The notes under the pieces were generated by a model. It made no database searches, was not told the DNA's origin, and saw only the letters and a list, made by a program, of their open reading frames with translations. From contig OZ024759.1 of NCBI GenBank assembly GCA_964016885.1, positions 4,402,001 to 4,466,000 of the forward strand: a stretch of DNA of 64,000 nucleotides, written 5' to 3'. Below, in pieces: positions 40,515-51,679 of the stretch. Made by a program: the position numbers and the translations under genes. Numbering within the stretch: position 1 is the first letter of the stretch; the number at the start of each line of letters is the position of its first letter. This DNA is from Eledone cirrhosa (Eukaryota).

Positions 40515-41523
40515 GTAGCAGCAAGTGCCCACAAAATACTAGCTCTTTCAATTGCGCAGAGGGTTCTATAGAAATAGTGGACAGCTTCCGTTACCTGGGC
40601 GATAAAATCAGCAGTGGGGGAGGGTGCTCTGAAAGTACTGTAGCTAGAGTCAGAACTGGTTGGAAAAAGTTCAGAGAGCTTATACCACTATTAGCTGCTA
40701 AAGGGTTCTCCCTAAAAATGAAAGGCAGGTTGTACGATGCCTGCATACGAACAGCAATGTTGCATGGTAGTGAGACCTGGGCATTGTGTGCAGAGGATAT
40801 ACGCAGACTAGAGAGGAACGAAGCTTGCATGCTCCGCTGGATGTGTAACAGTAATATACGTGAACGGCAAAGCATAAACGAACTAAGGAAAAAATTAGAG
40901 ATAAGAGGGATCAGATGTTGTTTACTCGAGAGAAGGCTGCGTTGGTATGGACACGTGATGCGCATGAAAGTCGATAGCTGTATTACAAAGTGCAGGGCAA
41001 TAAAGATAGACGGTAGCCACGGAATAGGCAGACCTAGAAAAACATGGGATGAGCTGATAAACTCCGACCTCACACACTTACACCTCTCCAAGACAATGTC
41101 ACTGGACCGTGACCTTTGGCGGTACTCAGTAACAGAGAAGACCCGCCTTGCCAGTAGGCATATCTAACAAAATACACCCCTCCCGCCGCCACCCCCACCC
41201 CATCCACACCACCCCGTTCTATGTAAAGTTATGTTGGTGCCGCGCCATCCAGGCCGAAACAAATGAGATCGTGTAGGTGTCACGACAAAAAAAACACACA
41301 GTCCACGCTGTAATGTGGCCGTGTAGGCAACACGGTAAAAACCTCCCAGACCCACACTGTAAATGTGGTTGGTGTTAGGAAGGGCATCCAACTGTAGAAA
41401 ACCTGCCAGACAGTCCTATGCGAGCAAGACAATCACTCTTGCCTCAAGTGGGACTACCCCCGTCCAAACCCATGCAAGCGTGGAACACGGACGTTAAACG
41501 TTGATGATGATGATGATGATGAT
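40515..41523 (+). mobile_element. 5'-truncated RTE LINE (C-terminal ORF, 3'UTR and (GAT)n tail)
   Basis: EIVDSFRYLG..LHGSETW..RRLRWYGHVMR..GRPRKTW motifs; stop at 41167; ends in gatgatgat repeats. Confidence 0.92.
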
Positions 41524-41731
41524 ATATATGTGTATATATATATATGTATATATATATGTGTGTATATGTATGCGTGTGTATGTATATATGTATGTGTGTC
41601 TGTGTTTGTGTTTGTATTTGGTTGTGCGTGTTTATGATATGTACGTATTTGTATGTGTATAATTGTTTAGCTATGTATCTATATGTGTGTGTATGTATAC
41701 GTATGTGTGTGTGTGTGCGTTTATATTTATG

Positions 41732-41782
<51 letters not shown>

Positions 41783-41783
<1 letters not shown>

Positions 41784-42003
41784 ACTCAGCTGTAGAAATG
41801 AGATGATAGGGACTGGGGTCCATATCATTCCACTGCAAAGTGGTCATGGAGGTGCCATGGCAAAAAAGCACCCAGCACTCACTGTAAATGAGGTTGGTGT
41901 TAGGAAGGGCATCCAGCTGTAGAAATCAAGCCAGAATCAGTTCCCGTCCCACCCTTGCAAGCAGGGAAAAGCGGACGTAAAATGAAATGATGATGATGAT
42001 GAT
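41783..42003 (+). mobile_element. SINE family A, 5'-truncated
   Basis: Near-identical to 2133-2340; ends in (gat)n. Confidence 0.85.
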
Positions 42004-42435
42004 ATATATATATATGTGTGTGTGTATATAATTACATATACATATGTGTGTGTATATATTGTATACGTGTGCGTATTTGTGCATGTATGTGCATGTATGT
42101 GTTTATGTATTTGTATATGTATATTTATGTGTGAGAGTGTGTGTATGTGTTTACGATTTCGTACGTATGTATACGTGCATTTGTGTGTATTACTTACCAC
42201 GCGTGTCTGTCCAGTTAGCTGCCTTATGTAATGGTGTCAAAAAATTTTTTTAATATATATATATATTTTTTCTTATATTTATTTGCGTGTGTGAATATGT
42301 AGAGGAGTGCATTTATGTATGTGTATGTACGTATGTATATATGTATGATTGTGTGAATGTATGTATGTATATATGTGTGTGTGTATGGCTATGTTTGTGT
42401 ATGTGTATGCTTGTACACACATATATATATATGTA

Positions 42436-42484
<49 letters not shown>

Positions 42485-42591
42485 ATATGTGTGTGTGTAT
42501 GTGTATGTATGCGTGTATGTATGTGTATATGTGTATGTATGTGCATGTGTATATTTGTGTATGTATATATATATGTGTATATGTATATATG

Positions 42592-42622
<31 letters not shown>

Positions 42623-42769
42623 ATGTATGCTTTTGTGTTTTTTTGTGTGTGTGTTTGCATGTGTAGTTTTATTTTATTTTTCCTTTCCTTCTTCCTTCTC
42701 GAGCCTCACTTTCATATAGATTGCATTTTTGTTTTTTAAAATCCAAATTCAATAAACAAACCAGGATTT

Positions 42770-42829
42770 TTTCATTCTGAGGATTGAAAGCAAAACCTTT
42801 TGCTTTTAAGAAACCACTGGTAAATGGAA
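42770..42829 (+). ncRNA. Type-I hammerhead ribozyme (family 2)
   Basis: Stem I ttcatt/aatgga, core CTGAGGA, 11-bp stem II ttgaaagcaaa/tttgcttttaa, GAAA, stem III cc..gg, GUA cleavage site. Confidence 0.82.
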
Positions 42830-43142
42830 TAATTGCCTTATCTTGTTTATTACATAATAATATTTTACATGGTAGACATTATTTGAATTTTGAAAATGTG
42901 AGACCAGAGAAATTGCTTCATGTGACACTGTAAGAAAACATTAAAAAATGAAATGTATATCTTCTTCTTTATCATTAAGTATGTCAGCAGCAGCAGCACC
43001 ACACACACACACACATATATATATACAGAGAGAGAGAGAGAGAAGAGAGAGAGTAGTTAATAATAAATACAAAGACCAAAATCTAGAGAGGGCTCAATAA
43101 GATAAGAGTTTTATGTATATATATATATATACATATATATGT

Positions 43143-43470
43143 ATCATCATCATCATTTTACGTCCACTTTTCCCTGCTTGCGAGGGTGGGACGGAAACTG
43201 ATTCTGGTTTGATTTCTACAGCTGGATGCCCTTCCTACCACCAACCTTATTTACAGTGAGTGCTGGGTGCTTTTTTGCTGTGGCACCTCCACGACCACTT
43301 TGCAGTGGAATGATAGAGGCCCAAGTCCCTATCATCTCATTTCTACAGCTGAGTAAACTGGAGCAATGTGAAATAAAGTGTCTTGCTCAAGGAAACAACA
43401 CATCACCCGGTTTGAGAATTGAACTCACAACCTTTCGATTGCAAGGCCAATGCTCTAACCACTAAGCCAT
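43143..43470 (-). mobile_element. SINE family A, full length
   Basis: Reverse complement of 2010-2340 with a (gat)n tail. Confidence 0.85.
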
Positions 43471-43577
43471 AGAGAGAGAGAGAAGTGAGAGAGTAGTTAA
43501 TAATAAATAGAAACACCAAAATCTGGAGAGGGCTCAATAAGATAAGAGTTATATATATATATATGTATATATATATA

Positions 43578-43695
43578 TAAGTTGAAAAAAATGAAAACGA
43601 AATTTCATTTCTCACTCTTAGTATGGCACTTACTTAAATGTAAGTATGTATGTATACGTACATACATATATGTATACGGACGTACAGTAGCATGC

Positions 43696-43728
<33 letters not shown>

Positions 43729-43990
43729 TACAGGTACACATACATATATGCACGCATCAGTTTAGCGGACGCTTATTATAACGCCGCTTTGTTCGTTTGT
43801 CAACAAACTGAACAGCCTGAATTTATGCCATACGGTGTTAAGGTAACCACGTCACCTTTTTGTTCAACACTGACACAGGAACGATGTACTAGTTTCAAGC
43901 TTGTTAGCTATCATCAGCACCGTTTACCTATCTGCCAGATAGTTGAACGTTCGAAAGTATATTCTTTCCTTATCAAAATTAACGGCTGAG
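43578..43990 (-). mobile_element. Penelope-like non-autonomous repeat (family 1)
   Basis: Homologous to 673-985 and 34743-35220; contains an internal (TA)n tract and a hammerhead. Confidence 0.7.
43880..43924 (-). ncRNA. Minimal type-I hammerhead ribozyme (family 1)
   Basis: Minus strand reads aacggtg-CTGATGA-t agct aaca agct t-GAAA-ctag-TA-catcgtt, with a 7-bp stem I, intact core and GUA site. Confidence 0.85.
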
Positions 43991-44500
43991 CAGCCTAATT
44001 TGCATATTGAGTGAGTTAAATCGGTCAGGCATCAAATTTGTGTTCTTTTATTTTGTTTTTGATATGCTACCAAGGATTGGGGGTTAGAGTTGTGTTTGCA
44101 TTCCTGTCCAGTTGTTATATGGTTTGGATGGCTATTCTAGTAGGCAGATATGAAGCAGGAGGTGCTATTGTTGCTGACATACTAGGGATGGTAAGTAGGT
44201 TAAGGTATCAAATTACCAGAGGGGTCAGTCATCACCCCACCCCCCGTTCATATATGTTAAAGAATTTGTTCGAATAATCTACTTATTTTTTTGTTTATTT
44301 GAACTTTGTTTATTTGTTTGAACTACATAGCTATATATCCAGGCTGTGTATTATTAGAGAAGGTGATTCTTGTGTAACTATGTAAGGATGCATTAAATGT
44401 ATAGATTTAGTCATTATGTTCAGCTCTAGGTGGAAGTTAGCATGGAATGTGTTAACTATCTAATCTAAGGAAAGTTTTAGATATTTTATGCATACAAGTA

Positions 44501-44708
44501 TTAACTCTTTAGCATTTACATTACTCTGTAATGTATTTTCTCTGTAAAGTCTTTACCTCACATAATATCAAATCAACAAGATTTTGATATTATTTATTTT
44601 GAGAACAATACCTTAACATAAGTATGAGCAGCCAGTTACGGCTGGTTTGAACAGAAAAAGGTGAGAGAATTCTGGCCGGATATGGCCGGTTTAAATGCTA
44701 AAGGTTAA
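44501..44708. mobile_element. piggyBac-like MITE (unexpanded copy)
   Basis: ttaa-ctctttagcattta ... taaatgctaaaagg-ttaa: terminal inverted repeats inside TTAA. Confidence 0.75.
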
Positions 44709-45587
44709 AGTGGTCAGAGCCTTTGTTAATTACTTCCTGTCTCCTATTAATAATGTGTTGAGCTTCCGTTGTACAGAGATCACAGCCACATGAAAAAGGA
44801 TTCGCATAAATATGGAAATGCATTTGTGAGAATACGCCAAGAAAACGAGTACTGTACCTGGTTCTGTTTTAGCCTCCTTATGATTTAGCATAATTTCAGA
44901 TAGCGCTGTGCTTCTTCTTCTGTCTATTCAGTTAAATGAGTGCTGATTGTACCATTTAACATACATACATATGTACATGGTGGCTGCCAACTCGTTTTCG
45001 AGTACGGCCACTACTTTATATCCATGTAGGAGAACCCCTACCGATGCGCTGAACAATAGTGACTTTTTAGTCCAGCCAGCGACTTGAAAATTCCTGTACA
45101 GAGAGATCTCCAGATACAAAGCAATGCCTGTGCCGTGAAGCTTTTATAGTGAGCAAAGGCACTGCACAAAGCCAGTCCCACTCTCTTAACTAAGATGATA
45201 TTTACCAAAAGGAAGAACAAGTCAACATCATTGGATACCATCAGGGTTGCAGGTGTAATATTAGAGTTTTCCTTCTCCTAGAATTCTGCCTTGAGAAAGG
45301 CTAAGGGGTCATCTCTCCCGGTGATTTTGGATGGCCATTGACACTTAAAAGCTCCGTTGCCCTTTCACAGGTTTTGTTTTTAGTCCTGCAGGATGTCCAA
45401 AGTCACCCTCCTCATCAAGAAACCTTGGTGGGGTTACCATTTCAGTCGCTAACGACCCGACCATGAGACAGGTTGTACTGGGATACATGTTACCAGTAGC
45501 ACCAACTGGTGACCTGACATATGTACATATGTACATATATACATACATACATAACCACTTTAAACTAAACAATTTTGTACCCTAGAA

Positions 45588-45906
45588 CAGGGGTGTGCAA
45601 CATATTCCATTGGCGGGCCACTTTTGAACATTGGAACAATTATTAGGGCTATTATTATTTATTAAGCACTATTCCGAAGATTCACCACAACTTCTTTCCA
45701 TAACATGGAACTGGGAAAGTATAACACACATAACCCTATCAGTGAAGCCCTTTAGTATAGGTCAACTAACAGAAAATTGTATTACGGTTATGAAAAAAAT
45801 TGTAAATAGGCCTACAAGGTAAACATTTAAAATGGTCACCGCGGGCCACTTTGACTGGTCTGGCAGGGCGGATTGTGGCCCACGGGCCGCCTGCTACATG
45901 CCCCTG
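45588..45906. mobile_element. hAT (Charlie-like) MITE
   Basis: CAGGGG...CCCCTG termini with a perfect 8-bp target-site duplication CCCTAGAA (45580-45587 and 45907-45914). Confidence 0.9.
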
Positions 45907-46041
45907 CCCTAGAAGCAGGGGCAGTCTTATGTGGTTTGATGTAAAAAAAATTAAGGACTCATTGATTCTCAACATTTAAACAGTGTTGTTGTATGAAGGG
46001 ATGGTTGTGTAAACAACGCTATCTGGTGGTAGGTTACTAAC

Positions 46042-46179
46042 CTGTCTGGCAGTTACTTCCCTTGTAACCAACTGCACATCCTCCACTTGAACATATCCCT
46101 GACACTATATTACATTTACTGTTGTCTGCACAGTGGCACATATACTTGCAGTTAGGACCAAATGAACCAGATGCACACA
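46042..46179 (-). CDS. EGF-like (MEGF/laminin-EGF type) exon 4
   Basis: 138 nt, phase 1-1, ag/gttagt. Encodes VCASGSFGPNCKYMCHCADNSKCNIVSGICSSGGCAVGYKGSNCQT. Confidence 0.92.
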
Positions 46180-46266
46180 CTGCAATGGAATAAAGCAACA
46201 ACAACAGAAAACATGAGGATGAAGAAGAAAAAGAGACAATTATACAGACAGATGCACATGCATAGT

Positions 46267-46515
46267 GGAGGTGTGTGGCCTAGTGGTAAGGGTGTTGGAC
46301 TTGCAATCATAATGTCATGGGTTCGATTCCTGGGCTGAGTTGTGCGTTGTATTCTTGAGCAAAACACTTCATTTCACGCTGCTCCAGTATACTCAGCTGA
46401 AAACGAGTACCAGCAATAGCTGGGGTTTTGACCCCACGATGGATTGGCGTCCTGTCCAGGGAGGAGTCTTGTACTCTCAGTCATTTCACACCATAAAAAT
46501 GGGATAAGCACCTAC
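46267..46515 (+). mobile_element. tRNA-derived SINE
   Basis: TGGCCTAGTGG and GGTTCGATTCC boxes; a related inverted copy lies at ~52460-52705. Confidence 0.75.
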
Positions 46516-46570
46516 TATTGTCTTGACACAATATATTATGTTACAAAAAAAGCTATACTACACCACTTAC

Positions 46571-46708
46571 CTGTCTGACAGTTGCTACCTTCATAACCAG
46601 CAGCACATCCTCCACTTGAACACACACCTGTCTGTTTGTTACACCTGCTGTTGTCAGCACAGGGGCATGTGTTGCCACAGTTTGGTCCAAATTTCCCCTC
46701 TGGACATT
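46571..46708 (-). CDS. EGF-like exon 3
   Basis: 138 nt, phase 1-1, ag/gtaagt. Encodes KCPEGKFGPNCGNTCPCADNSRCNKQTGVCSSGGCAAGYEGSNCQT. Confidence 0.92.
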
Positions 46709-46820
46709 CTACAATGAAAGATCATGAGAAAACCTCTGCTCTTTTATCTCACTAAACATTTGTAAAAAAAATGAGGTTCAACTGAGTAAGAATACAAAGG
46801 ATTAATAGGATTAATCAACC

Positions 46821-47040
46821 CTTACAATACTAAGGACCTTTGTTAAGTTATGTTCCAAATACCATCTTAACCGTTTTGATACCAAACTGCCAGATGTGGA
46901 CCTTGTTCTTACAATACTAACAACCTTTGTTAAGTTATGTTCCAAATACCATCTTAACCCTTTTGATACCAAACTGCCAGATGTGGACCTTGTTCTTACA
47001 ATACTAACAACCTTTGTTAAGTTATGTTCCAAGCACCATC
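46821..47040. repeat. 87-bp tandem repeat, ~2.5 copies
   Basis: cttacaatactaa..ttgttaagttatgttcc recurs at ~46821, 46908 and 46995. Confidence 0.85.
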
Positions 47041-47414
47041 TGAGACCACTCTTGGCAGGTCTGTTGGATGTTGGCTTACCTGGGGCTAAACAACATCAAC
47101 AATACCTACTACAATATGCAATACCACCACCACTACCACTATCACCAGCAGCAGCAGCACCACCAACACCACCACCACACCAACAACAACAAAACCAGCA
47201 TCCTCCTCCTCACCACCACCACAACTACCTCCACTCCACCACCACCATCACCACCTACACTCCACTCCCACTATAACCACGACAGCCACCTACACTCCAC
47301 CAACACCACCACCACCACCACCACCACCATCACCACCACCACCACCATCATCATCATCACCATCACCACCACCACCACCACCACCAGTACCACCATCATC
47401 ATCACCACCACCAT

Positions 47415-48730
47415 CTGGGAGATCCAAAATACTGTTGTGGTCCCATTCCATTACTTCACCAATCTTGTAGACCCTAAATATTGTAATGGTCACTGTCCTT
47501 TCTCTTCCACCAACCTGAGAGACCCTAAATACTGTTGTGGTCCATGTCCCTTCTCTTCCACCAATCTGGGAGTCCCTAAATACTGTCATGGTTCCTGTTC
47601 CTCCCTCCAGTAATCTTGGAGACCCTAAATACTGTTGTAGTACCTTCCCATTCCTTCCACTAATTTTGGAGACCCTAAATATTGCAATGGTTACTGTCCC
47701 TTCCTTCCTTCAATCTAGGGGACCCTAAATACTGTTCTGGTCCCTGTTCCTTCTCTTCCACCAATCAGTGAGTCCCTAAATACTGTCATGGTTCCTGTCC
47801 CTTACTTCTCTTCCACCAATCAGTGAGTCCCTTAATACTGCCGTAGTCCCTGTCTCTTCTCTTCCACCAATCAGTGAGTCCCTTAATACTGTTGTGGACC
47901 CTGTCTCTTCTCTTCCACCAATCAGTGAGTCTCTTAATACTGTTGTGGTCCCTGTCTCTTCTCTTCCACCAATCAGTGAGTCCCTAAATACTGTCGTGGT
48001 CCCTGTCTCTTCTCTTCCACCAATCAGTGAGTCTCTTAATACTGTTGTGGTCCCTGTCTCTTCTCTTCCACCAATCAGTGAGCCCCTAAATACTGCCGTA
48101 GTCCCTGTCTCTTCTCTTCCACCAATCAGTGAGTCCCTTAATACTGTCGTGGTCCCTGTCTCTTCTCTTCCACCAATCAGTGAGTCCCTTAATACTGTTG
48201 TGGTCCCTGTCGCTTCTCTTCCACCAATCAGTGAGTCCCTAAATACTATCATGGTCCCTGTCTCTTCTCTTCCACCAATCAGTGAGTCTCTTAATATTGT
48301 CGTGGTCCCTGTCTCTTCTCTTCCACCAATCAGTGAGTCCCTAAATACTGTTGTGGTCCCTGTCTCTTCTCTTCCACCAATCAGTGAGTCCCTAAATACT
48401 GTTGTGGTCCCTGTCTCTTCTCTTCCACCAATCAGTGAGTCCCTTAATACTGTCGTGGTCCATGTCTCTTCTCTTCCACCAATCAGTGAGTCCCTTAATA
48501 CTGTTGTGGTCCCTGTCTCTTCTCTTCCACCAATCAGTGAGTCCCTAAATACTATCATGGTCCCTGTCTCTTCTCTTCCACCAATCAGTGAGTCCCTAAA
48601 TACTGTCGTGGTCCCTGTCTCTTCTCTTCCACCAATCAGTGAGTCCCTAAATACTGTCGTGGTCCCTGTCTCTTCTCTTCCACCAATCAGTGAGTCCCTA
48701 AATACTGTCGTGGTCCCTGTCTCTTCCCTC
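47415..48730. repeat. 51-bp minisatellite, ~26 copies, intronic
   Basis: Unit gtccctgtctcttctcttccaccaatcagtgagtccctaaatactgtcgtg; degenerate on the left, homogeneous on the right. Confidence 0.95.
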
Positions 48731-48758
48731 TCTAAAGGGTAAACAGATAAAAACTTAC

Positions 48759-48896
48759 TTGACTGGCAGCTGTGTCCCCTGTAACCAGGTGAGCACCTTC
48801 CATTGATGCAGATACCATTGTCAGAGTAACATTTGCCATTATTCAGACAGTGGCACTTCTTCACACAGTTGACACCAAACATGCCATGGGCACATC
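48759..48896 (-). CDS. EGF-like exon 2
   Basis: 138 nt, phase 1-1, tcag/gtaagt. Encodes GCAHGMFGVNCVKKCHCLNNGKCYSDNGICINGRCSPGYRGHSCQS. Confidence 0.92.
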
Positions 48897-49002
48897 CTGA
48901 GAAAACAACTTCAATATGTAATTACTGTATTTCCTGACGCCGAAGACACTTCGTCCTCGAGGACACACCCTAATTCTGACAACCAAAAATTTGAAAAAAA
49001 AT

Positions 49003-49396
49003 AATTGTTTCTACTTTTGGCACAAGGCCAGCAATTATCCCAATGTATTACTGGTACTTTATTTTATCGACCCCGTAAGGATGAATGGCAAAGTTAACCT
49101 CGGCGGGATTTGAACTCAGTCCATAAAGGGACGTAACTCTTTGCTGCAAAGCATGGCGTCAGACCGATACTGCCAATCCACCGCTCTTTGAATTTGAAGA
49201 AAAATAATTGTTTCTACTATTGGCACAAGGCCAGCAATCACCCAGTACATTACTGGTACTTTATTTTATCGACTCCGTAAAGATGAAAGGCAAAGTTAAC
49301 CTTGGCAGGATTTGAACTCAGAATGGCAAGTGCTGTAACTCTATGCGTCAAAGCATGGCGTCCGACCCTCTACCGATACTGCCAATTCACCGCCCT
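49003..49396 (-). mobile_element. Two tandem SINE family B copies
   Basis: 49003-49185 and 49204-49396 are both homologous to 50779-51003 in reverse. Confidence 0.75.
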
Positions 49397-50447
49397 TTGA
49401 AGAAAAATAATAAACAACTTTCGGCCTCCAGGATGCATGGTAGATTTTTGAGACTTATTTTAGTAAAAGTAGCGTCTTTGACGCCGGGAAATACGGTGAG
49501 TTTAATTAATTCAAATTTCTGAGTTGTTATCTTTCATCCTTTGAGTGTATCCCATTTACAATAGTAACTCTATAACCCTGCATGTTGTAGAAAGAGCCTA
49601 AAATAGTTTGGCATCAAGAAGGGCATCCAGCAGCAAAATAATGCCTCAATACTATATATCATCATCATCATTGGATGCGCAATGTCAATGTGCATGAATG
49701 AGCAAGCATAGTTGTGTTTGCATTCCTGTCCAGTTGTTATATGGTTTGGATGGCTATTCTAGTAGGCAGATATGAAGCAGGAGGTGCTATTGTTGCTGAC
49801 ATACTAGGGATGGTAAGTAGGTTAAGGTATCAAATTACCAGAGGGGTAAGTCATCACCCCACCCCCCGTTCATATATGTTAAAGAATTTGTTCGAATAAT
49901 CTACTTATTTTTTTGTTTATTTGAACTTTGTTTATTTGTTTGAACTACATAGCTATATATCCAGGCTGTGTATTATTAGAGAAGGTGATTCTTGTGTAAC
50001 TATGTAAGGATGCATTAAATGTATAGATTTAGTCATTATGTTCAGCTCTAGGTGGAAGTTAGCATGGAACGTGTTAACTATCTAATCTAAGGAAAGTTTT
50101 AGATATTTTATGCATACAAGTATTAACTCTTTAGCATTTACATTACTCTGTAATGTATTTTCTCTGTAAAGTCTTTACCTCACATAATAATCTCACATAA
50201 TATCAAATCCACAAGATTTTGATATTATTTATTTTGAGAACAATACCTTAACAAAAGTATGAGCAGCCAGTTACGGCTGGTTTGAACAGAAAAAGCACCA
50301 CCTACACTCCACTCCCACTATAACCATGACAGCCACCTCCACTCCACCACCACCTACACTCCACTCCCACTATAACCACGACAGCCACCAACACTCCACT
50401 CCCACTATAACCATGACAACCACCTACACTCCACCACCACCACTCAC

Positions 50448-50582
50448 CTTTACAAGTGTTATTCACATCAATATATCCATCTTTACATCCAGTCACACAT
50501 TTGCCAGTCAATTGATCACATGTCTTTCTGCAGTTGTTGCACTCTTCTTTACAATTTCTTCCATAGAATCCAGGGAGACATT
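50448..50582 (-). CDS. EGF-like exon 1
   Basis: 135 nt, phase 1-1, ctag/gtgagt. Encodes CLPGFYGRNCKEECNNCRKTCDQLTGKCVTGCKDGYIDVNNTCK. Confidence 0.92.
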
Positions 50583-50619
50583 CTAGAAAGACAAACAATC
50601 TTAGTCATTATTTCAATCT

Positions 50620-51003
50620 AGGGCAGTGGATTGGCAGAATCGGTGGAGCATCGAACACCATGCTTTGCGGCATAAAGTTATGGCCCTTTATGATCTGAGT
50701 TCCAATCCCGCCGAGGGTAACTTTGCTTTTCATCCTTACGGGGTCTTGTGCCTATATAAGGAACCATTATTTTAATCAAGGGCGGTGGATTGGCAGTATC
50801 GTTAGAGTGTCGAACACCATGCTTTGCGGTATTGAGTTACGACCCTTTCCATTCTGAGTTCAAAACCCGCCAAAGTTAGCTTGGCCTTTCATCCTTACGG
50901 GGTCGATAAAATAAAGTACCAGTCACACACTGGGGTCATTTAAATCGACTTTCCCCCTTCCCTTCAAATTACTGGCCTTGTGCCAACAGTAGAAACAATT
51001 ATT
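50620..51003 (+). mobile_element. Two tandem SINE family B copies
   Basis: gggc(a/g)gtggattggcag heads at ~50620 and ~50780; att-rich tails. Confidence 0.75.
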
Positions 51004-51032
51004 TCAATCTACACTTTGACAATGCTGTTTAT

Positions 51033-51679
51033 TTTAACCCTTTAGCATTTACATTACCCTGTATTTACTATTGTATTTTCATGGTAAAGGCTTTACCTCA
51101 CATAATTATCTCATAACATTTACATTACTCTGTATTTACTATTGTATTTTCATGGTAAAGGCTTTACCTCACATAATATCTCACATAACATTTACATTAC
51201 TCTGTATTTACTATTGTACTTTCATGGTAAAGGCTTTACCTCACATAATTATCTCACATAACATTTACATTACCCTGTATTTACTATTGTATTTTCATGG
51301 TAAAGGCTTTACCTCACATAATATCTCACATAACATTTACATTACTCTGTATTTACTATTGTATTTTCATGGTAAAGGCTTTACCTCACATAATTATCTC
51401 AAATAACATTTACATTACTCTGTATTTACTAATGTATTTTCATGGTAAAGGCTTTACCTCACATAATTATCTCACATAACATTTACCTTACTCTGTATTT
51501 ACTATTGTATTTTCATGGTAAAGGCTTTACCTCACATAATGTTGAATCTACAAGATTTTAATATTATTTATTTTGAGAACAAAACCTTAACATCAGTATG
51601 AGTGACCAGTTGCAGCTGATTTGAACAGAGGTTAGAGATTTCTGGCCGGATATGGCCAGTTTAAATGCTAAAGGGTTAA
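51033..51679. mobile_element. piggyBac-like MITE with ~7 internal 72-74 bp tandem units
   Basis: ttaa-ccctttagcattta ... taaatgctaaaaggg-ttaa, with the subterminal unit repeated in tandem. Confidence 0.85.

Noticed and set aside
39738-42739. Tyr/Ile/Val/Cys-rich short ORFs
   Set aside because: These are translations of (TA)n/(TG)n microsatellites.
47068-47613. His/Thr/Gly-rich ORFs and a possible 6-nt microexon (ag-CCCCAG-gtaagc) near 47080
   Set aside because: This is CAC/CAT trinucleotide low complexity. The flanking EGF exons already join in frame without the microexon.
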